The position numbers and the translations under genes are program-made. Below are positions 27,876-33,618 of a DNA stretch of 33,618 bases, one piece after another (the first letter of the stretch is position 1; every line of letters begins with the position of its first letter). The notes below the pieces were generated by a model. That model saw nothing but the letters and a program-made list of their open reading frames with translations, had not been told where the DNA came from and did not search any database. The stretch spans positions 1 through 33,618 of the forward strand of contig BJGO01000004.1 in NCBI GenBank assembly GCA_014190535.1, in the 5' to 3' direction. The stretch comes from Bacteroidota bacterium. Lineage in GTDB: Bacteria > Bacteroidota > Bacteroidia > Chitinophagales > UBA10324.

Positions 27876-28817
27876 ATGAGAAAAGATGTGAAACGTTATA
27901 TAAGAACATATTTTACGTTCACCCGGCAAGAAACCAGAGGGACAATCATACTGGTGTGCATCATCACGCTACTTGTGCTTTACCGGTTTTTGCATCCTGT
28001 TTTCTCCTTGCCGCCACTCAACAACTTGAACGATGTACAGATACTTTGGGTTAATGAATCGAAAAAACAATTAACCAGCACCTATACTCCAAACGACTCT
28101 CTTATTGCAAAGCAGAACGATAGCGAGAGCAAACAAAAAAAATCCGCAATAGGCAAGGGTTTTTATTTCAACCCTAACAGCATTTCAGCAGATAGTTTAG
28201 CGATGTTTGGTATCAGCCAAAAAAAGATTTCTGTTTTTATCAAGTACCGAAATACAGGAGCAACCTTTAAATCTGCAGATGACCTGAAGAAGATTTACTC
28301 CTTTAGCGAAGACGATATCACCAAATTAAGGCCCTGGGTAATGATTCCTCCGGCACCACAAAAGCAGGTACAACCGGAAAAAATAACGACACAACATAAG
28401 GTTGTGGAAAAGAAACCCTGGTATGTAGATATCAACACTTGTGACTCGGCCGCTTTAGTTTCATTGTCGGGCATAGGCCCCGTGCTGGCCTCACGAATTT
28501 TGAAGTACCGTAATCGGTTTGGTGCCTTCCGGTCTAAAGATCAACTGCTTGAGATTACCGGTATAACTGCTGAATGGTATCAGGCTAATCAAGCCTCTAT
28601 ACTGTTGAGTGCAGTACCGGTGAAACAATTAAATATCAATACCTGCACACTGGATGAACTAAAACGCCACGCCTACTTTGATTATAACATAGCCTCGATA
28701 CTACTCAATTACCGCACGCATCATGGCCCGTTTCAATCCGTATCCGAGATAAAAAATTGTGCCGCAATACAAGAGGCATTTTACAAAAAAGTTGAGGCTT
28801 ATCTTAAAGTAAATTAA
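27876..28817 (+). CDS. ComEA-like helix-hairpin-helix DNA-binding membrane protein
   Basis: N-terminal TM, FNPN, DINTCD..LSGIGPVLASRILKYR, LNINT..YRTHHGPF: three HhH modules. Confidence 0.85.
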   Translation: MRKDVKRYIRTYFTFTRQETRGTIILVCIITLLVLYRFLHPVFSLPPLNNLNDVQILWVNESKKQLTSTYTPNDSLIAKQNDSESKQKKSAIGKGFYFNPNSISADSLAMFGISQKKISVFIKYRNTGATFKSADDLKKIYSFSEDDITKLRPWVMIPPAPQKQVQPEKITTQHKVVEKKPWYVDINTCDSAALVSLSGIGPVLASRILKYRNRFGAFRSKDQLLEITGITAEWYQANQASILLSAVPVKQLNINTCTLDELKRHAYFDYNIASILLNYRTHHGPFQSVSEIKNCAAIQEAFYKKVEAYLKVN

Positions 28818-28820
28818 ATC

Positions 28821-28848
28821 AAAAGGCCGGCTATTCGCCGGCCTTATT
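28821..28848. terminator. Bidirectional intrinsic terminator
   Basis: AAGGCCGGC (28823-28831) TATTC GCCGGCCTT (28837-28845) between convergent genes. Confidence 0.8.
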
Positions 28849-28874
28849 CAAATAAGTTTAACAATGCCTGTTAA

Positions 28875-31403
28875 TCAGGCATCGGTCTTCTCTTGCTTTT
28901 TAGTGTGCTTGATGGTGAATTTTAGTTTCTCCCCTTTGGCATCTGTATCAACGTGCATAATATCTCCGTTCTTGATACCGGAAGCAAGAATCTCTTCGGC
29001 GAGTGGATCCTCCAGATATTTTTGAATGGCACGGTGTAGCGGACGAGCACCAAAGTTTGCATCGTAACCTCTTTCAGCAATAAAGTCCTTGGCTTTTTCT
29101 GATAATTCGAGCGTGAATCCAAGATTAATCACACGGTCATACAGACCTTTGAGTGCGATATCGATAATAGAATGGATATGCTCTTTGGTTAAGGAGTTGA
29201 ATACGATAACGTCGTCAATCCGGTTCAGAAATTCCGGCGAGAATGTACGCTTCAGAGCGGACTCAATCACAGACTTGGAGTGATCTTCGGCACTTTCACG
29301 TTTTGCAGATGTCCCGAAGCCAATACCTTGACCAAAGTCTTTCAATTGTCTGGCTCCGATGTTCGATGTCATGATAATCAAGGTGTTTTTAAAATCAACC
29401 TTACGACCAAGACCATCCGTTAGGATACCATCATCTAAAACCTGAAGCAGCACGCTGTATACATCCGGATGTGCTTTTTCTATTTCATCCAGCAGAATTA
29501 CGGAATAAGGTTTACGGCGAACTTTCTCTGTCAGCTGTCCACCTTCTTCATAACCCACGTAGCCCGGAGGCGCTCCTATCAGCCTGCTTACACTGAATTT
29601 TTCCATGTACTCACTCATATCAATTCGAATGAGTGAATCTTCACTGTCAAAAAGATATCGGGCAAGCACTTTTGCCAACTCCGTTTTTCCGACACCCGTT
29701 GGACCAAGGAAAATGAATGACCCGATCGGTTTTTTGGGATCTTTTAGTCCGGCACGGTTACGCTGAATGGCTTTGGTTACTTTAACGATCGCATCATCCT
29801 GACCAACAACACTACCCTTGAGGTCATCAGCCATTTTCAATAATCGGGTGCTTTCCGTCTGAGCAACACGCTTAACCGGAATACCTGTCATCATCGCAAC
29901 AACCTCAGCGATATCCTCATCCGTTACGGGGTAACGTTTTGTTTTAGTTTCTTCTTCCCAGTTTTGTTTGGCCTTTTCAAGATCCTCGAGCAGTTTCTTC
30001 TCCGAATCACGAAGTCTTGCGGCTTCTTCATAGCGCTGACTCTTAACGACTTTATTTTTCTCGAGTTTTATCTCTTCAATGCTCTTCTCCAGGTCAAGTA
30101 TCGATTGTGGTACATGAATATTTTTGAGGTGCACCTTAGCCCCCACTTCGTCAATTACATCAATAGCCTTATCGGGCAAAAGGCGATCCGTGATGTAGCG
30201 TGTGCTTAATTTCACGCAGGCATCGATCGCTTCGGGAGTATAACTAACGTTGTGGAACTCTTCATACTTACCCTTGATGTTATTTAAAATAATTACGGTT
30301 TCCTCCGGTGATGGCGGATCAATAATTACTTTCTGGAAACGACGATCCAGGGCACCATCTTTTTCAATGTGTTGACGGTACTCATCCAGGGTAGATGCTC
30401 CTATGCATTGCAGTTCGCCACGCGCTAATGCCGGCTTAAAGATGTTGGATGCATCGAGAGAGCCCGTTGCACCACCTGCTCCAACTATAGTATGTATTTC
30501 ATCAATGAAAAGAATAACATCGCGGTTCTTTTCCAGTTCATTCATTATAGCTTTGATACGTTCCTCGAACTGACCACGGTATTTAGTACCTGCAACAAGT
30601 GCGGCTAGATCAAGCATTACAATGCGCTTATCGTATAATACCCGCGATACCTTACGTTGAATAATCCTAAGGGCAAGGCCCTCAACCACTGCTGTTTTAC
30701 CTACTCCGGGTTCTCCAATAAGTATAGGATTGTTTTTCTTACGTCTGGAAAGTATCTGTGAAACACGTTCAATTTCTGTTTCGCGGCCCACAATGGGATC
30801 CAGGGTGCCTTCTTCGGCCATTTTAGTAATGTCGCGACCAAAGTTGTCCAGAACAGGCGTTTTGGATTTAGATGCACCCGGCTTTTTAGCCGAACCTTTT
30901 GAGCGATCCTCTTCTTCAAATGCCTCTTCTTCACCTCCATCGTTCGTCATATCGGAGCGTATGTCTTTATTGTAGAAATCAAATTCCGCTTTGAACGTTT
31001 CGTGATCCACCGACAAACGATTGAGCATTTCGGTAGCAATATTGTCCTTCACTTTTAAGATAGACAACATCAAGTGCTCGGTGCCAATGGTGTCGTTTCG
31101 CATGGTTTTTGCCTCAAGAAGCGCAAACTTTAACACCTTCTCTGCCTGTTTGGTTAAGGGCATATTGTTAATCTCCTGCGGGTGATGAACGGCCTTGTCG
31201 CGGATGGAATCCTCAATGGCACGACGAAGCAAAACGATATCGACTTCAAGTGATTTTAAAATACGGGATGCTGTGTCATCTTCGTCACGAACGAGTCCCA
31301 AGAGCAGATGTTCAACGCCAATATAGTCATGACCCAATCGGAGTGCTTCCTCTCTCGCATAAGCGATGACTTCTTTGACCTTTTGTGAGAATTTTTGTTC
31401 CAT
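28875..31403 (-). CDS. clpC: ATP-dependent Clp protease ATP-binding subunit ClpC
   Basis: Clp-N repeats, [11 protein letters not shown] coil [37 protein letters not shown]. Confidence 0.96.
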   Translation of the reverse strand: MEQKFSQKVKEVIAYAREEALRLGHDYIGVEHLLLGLVRDEDDTASRILKSLEVDIVLLRRAIEDSIRDKAVHHPQEINNMPLTKQAEKVLKFALLEAKTMRNDTIGTEHLMLSILKVKDNIATEMLNRLSVDHETFKAEFDFYNKDIRSDMTNDGGEEEAFEEEDRSKGSAKKPGASKSKTPVLDNFGRDITKMAEEGTLDPIVGRETEIERVSQILSRRKKNNPILIGEPGVGKTAVVEGLALRIIQRKVSRVLYDKRIVMLDLAALVAGTKYRGQFEERIKAIMNELEKNRDVILFIDEIHTIVGAGGATGSLDASNIFKPALARGELQCIGASTLDEYRQHIEKDGALDRRFQKVIIDPPSPEETVIILNNIKGKYEEFHNVSYTPEAIDACVKLSTRYITDRLLPDKAIDVIDEVGAKVHLKNIHVPQSILDLEKSIEEIKLEKNKVVKSQRYEEAARLRDSEKKLLEDLEKAKQNWEEETKTKRYPVTDEDIAEVVAMMTGIPVKRVAQTESTRLLKMADDLKGSVVGQDDAIVKVTKAIQRNRAGLKDPKKPIGSFIFLGPTGVGKTELAKVLARYLFDSEDSLIRIDMSEYMEKFSVSRLIGAPPGYVGYEEGGQLTEKVRRKPYSVILLDEIEKAHPDVYSVLLQVLDDGILTDGLGRKVDFKNTLIIMTSNIGARQLKDFGQGIGFGTSAKRESAEDHSKSVIESALKRTFSPEFLNRIDDVIVFNSLTKEHIHSIIDIALKGLYDRVINLGFTLELSEKAKDFIAERGYDANFGARPLHRAIQKYLEDPLAEEILASGIKNGDIMHVDTDAKGEKLKFTIKHTKKQEKTDA

Positions 31404-31618
31404 AGTGTTTATCTTATCAAATAGCGCACCAAGTATTTTTGATGCCCTTTTGCTGTTTTATTTTCTGAAAAATAGCCATTATTTGCACAATCGTGTTTTT
31501 TTGACTGATTTTCTATGTTAGTTTTTACACATTAATACTTGAATTTGTTTCTTTTTAAGTAAATAATTCTAAATTTACAATTCAAATCAAAACCCTAAAA
31601 CAAACAACACAACCTATT

Positions 31619-31990
31619 ATGAAGTTTACACTCGATAAGCACGACAAGTATTGTATTTTCACGCTTGAGGAAGAAAAACTAAACTCAGTAATTGCGCCGC
31701 TGGTTAAGTCTGAAATGATTGTGTTGAATGCCGAAGGCGTAAAGAATATAATTTTTGATACAAGTCGCGTTCGCTTTGTGGATTCTTCAGGATTGAGTTC
31801 TATCCTGATCGCAAATCGTCTTTGTAAAAATTCAGGCGGCAATCTTGTGCTTTGCTCTGTTAGCGACAATGTTCACAAGTTGATCAAAATATCTCAACTA
31901 GACTCGATCCTGACCATTATTCCTTCCAAAGAGGAATCGATAGATATGGTTATGATGGAGGAAATTGAAAAAGATATTAAGAAGAGTTAA
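31619..31990 (+). CDS. STAS domain anti-sigma factor antagonist
   Basis: FDTSRVRFVDSSGLS phosphoserine motif; stop overlaps the rnz start. Confidence 0.9.
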   Translation: MKFTLDKHDKYCIFTLEEEKLNSVIAPLVKSEMIVLNAEGVKNIIFDTSRVRFVDSSGLSSILIANRLCKNSGGNLVLCSVSDNVHKLIKISQLDSILTIIPSKEESIDMVMMEEIEKDIKKS

Positions 31991-32898
31991 TGGACTTCAG
32001 CGTTACTGTACTTGGTAACAGCGCTGCACTACCCACACGTAACCGAAACACCACTGCTCAGGTAGTTACTCACAACAACAGCATTTTTCTGCTTGATTGT
32101 GGTGAGGGAACACAAAACCGAATCCGCGAATACGGTATTCGTTTCAGTAAAGCATCACATATATTCATCTCTCATCTTCATGGAGACCACTACTATGGTT
32201 TGCCCGGACTGATTACCTCATTGCATCTTTACAAACGGGAACAGCCCTTAACCATCTATGCGCCTCCCGGATTAAAACCGATTATTGAGCTCAACCTGAA
32301 CGTATCGCAAACCAGATTATCATATCCATTACACATTGTAGAGGTTCACGAGTCAGACCTGGCAATCTATGAGGATGATTTCATCGAGATAAAGCCCATT
32401 ACCATGCGACACCGCATCCCTTGTTTTGGTTATTTATTTTCTGAAAAAAAGGAGCGCGTTAACATACTGACCGACGCGTTGCGGGATTACAAAATACCAT
32501 TTGATCAGATTGAATCGATAAAATCAGGTAAAGATTTTACCCATGCGCAAGGCTATACCATTCCCCACGAAAAGCTTGTGGTAAAACGTACCGCCAGGCG
32601 ATATGCCTTTTGTTCAGACACGCTGTTTAACCTGGATTACTGCAAACAAATACAAGGCGTCGATTTACTTTATCATGAAAGCACCTTTTTGGAAGCAGAT
32701 GCCGAAAAGGCTACCGAACGATATCACTGCACAGCTAAACAGGCGGCAACCGTAGCATTACATGCCGGGGTTAACAAGCTTTTACTGGGGCATTTTTCGT
32801 CCCGGTATCCATCGGAGATGCTCTTTGAACAGGAGGCCAAAGCGGTTTTTGAGCATAGCATCGCCAGTGTAGAAGGTGCTTGCTATGAAATCGGGTAA
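31990..32898 (+). CDS. rnz: Ribonuclease Z
   Basis: LGNSAALP, DCGEGTQ, SHLHGDH, SDT, HESTF, GHFSSRY. Confidence 0.95.
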   Translation: MDFSVTVLGNSAALPTRNRNTTAQVVTHNNSIFLLDCGEGTQNRIREYGIRFSKASHIFISHLHGDHYYGLPGLITSLHLYKREQPLTIYAPPGLKPIIELNLNVSQTRLSYPLHIVEVHESDLAIYEDDFIEIKPITMRHRIPCFGYLFSEKKERVNILTDALRDYKIPFDQIESIKSGKDFTHAQGYTIPHEKLVVKRTARRYAFCSDTLFNLDYCKQIQGVDLLYHESTFLEADAEKATERYHCTAKQAATVALHAGVNKLLLGHFSSRYPSEMLFEQEAKAVFEHSIASVEGACYEIG

Positions 32899-32904
32899 GA
32901 AGTA

Positions 32905-33618
32905 TTAATCGTTGTTCAATGCCTCGCCTTTTTCCTGATACTCACTATCTGTATTTATACTCCACAGATGCTGACGACTACCTTCAAGAATTTCTTTTGC
33001 TGCCAATAAGCCCATAAGGATCGAGTGATCCTGGTTATTGTATTTGAAGGATCCATATCGGCCAATGACACGCAGATGCTCGATACGATCCAGATACGTC
33101 TTAATAGTTTCTATATGATTCATGTAACCCGTTTCATAAACGGGATAACAACGTTGTAATTTAACTACTGCTGTATTTAGTATAGCCGTTTCAGGCTTAA
33201 CCAGTTTTATGCGTTTAACCTCTTCTGCCGCCAGTTTGCCGAAATAGGCCTCATCCTTACTCCACAATGCATCTTTATCGAAACACCAGTATTCCAGACA
33301 CAGAATAGTTGTTTTTTTATCTCCATATAATTCGGGACTCCAATTTCTGAAATTTGTAATGCGGCCATGATCTACTTCCGGACTATGCACATAAATCCAA
33401 TTGTCAGGAAACAGATCAACAGCATCTACTTCTATATAAACCAAAATCGTATTTCGGTAATACAACCGATCACAGGCATGGATGACTTGTTCAGGAACAT
33501 CCTCCAGTCCCTTAACCATAAGAGTCAGCGGCATCGTACTGATTATTTCATCGGCAAAAAGTTTCTCGCCAGAAACCAATTCTACACCAATTGCCTTATT
33601 GTTTTGAAGGATTACTTT
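32905..33618 (-). CDS. FAD-dependent oxidoreductase (protoporphyrinogen oxidase/UDP-galactopyranose mutase-like), 5'-partial
   Basis: The frame is open to the window edge; ISTMPL, DNWIYVH, GRITNFRNW, YPVY, GRYGSFKYNNQDHS. Confidence 0.8.
   Translation of the reverse strand, partial: KVILQNNKAIGVELVSGEKLFADEIISTMPLTLMVKGLEDVPEQVIHACDRLYYRNTILVYIEVDAVDLFPDNWIYVHSPEVDHGRITNFRNWSPELYGDKKTTILCLEYWCFDKDALWSKDEAYFGKLAAEEVKRIKLVKPETAILNTAVVKLQRCYPVYETGYMNHIETIKTYLDRIEHLRVIGRYGSFKYNNQDHSILMGLLAAKEILEGSRQHLWSINTDSEYQEKGEALNND

Noticed and set aside
398-31869. Many short ORFs (60-183 aa) overlapping or antisense to the major genes
   Set aside because: Shadow ORFs of well-supported genes with no recognisable motifs.
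28875-32898. clpC / STAS / rnz as a new regulatory system
   Set aside because: A familiar Bacteroidota housekeeping arrangement with nothing unusual in its motifs.

Overview
Chromosomal window from a Bacteroidota bacterium, judged from T9SS C-terminal domains, TAnnTTTG promoter boxes and the clpC/STAS/rnz and sppA/folK/dNK gene arrangements. Both flanks are mostly housekeeping: glmM, iscS, sppA, folK, deoxynucleoside kinase, lysS, ComEA-like, clpC, STAS and rnz. The left arm also carries a REP-like tandem repeat, a secreted CotH/LTD protein, a TMTC-like GT-C/TPR protein and an fcl-gmd pair whose Fcl resembles animal FX/GFUS. An accessory stretch (about 15.9-23.8 kb) holds an atypical dihydroorotase with a DUF6671 partner, a DUF4349 lipoprotein and a Tat+T9SS intradiol dioxygenase. 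It ends in a visibly AT-rich run of co-oriented, partly decayed genes (20.1-23.4 kb). That run contains a minus-strand 3' remnant of a group IIC intron (DV, DVI, RT C-terminus) sitting in an attC-like end just after a gene. That gene is bracketed by complementary ends, and a 37-bp dif/Xer-like direct repeat flanks the whole module. My best candidate for an undescribed system is this integrase-less gene-cassette accretion site. All family calls come from motif recognition, not database searches.
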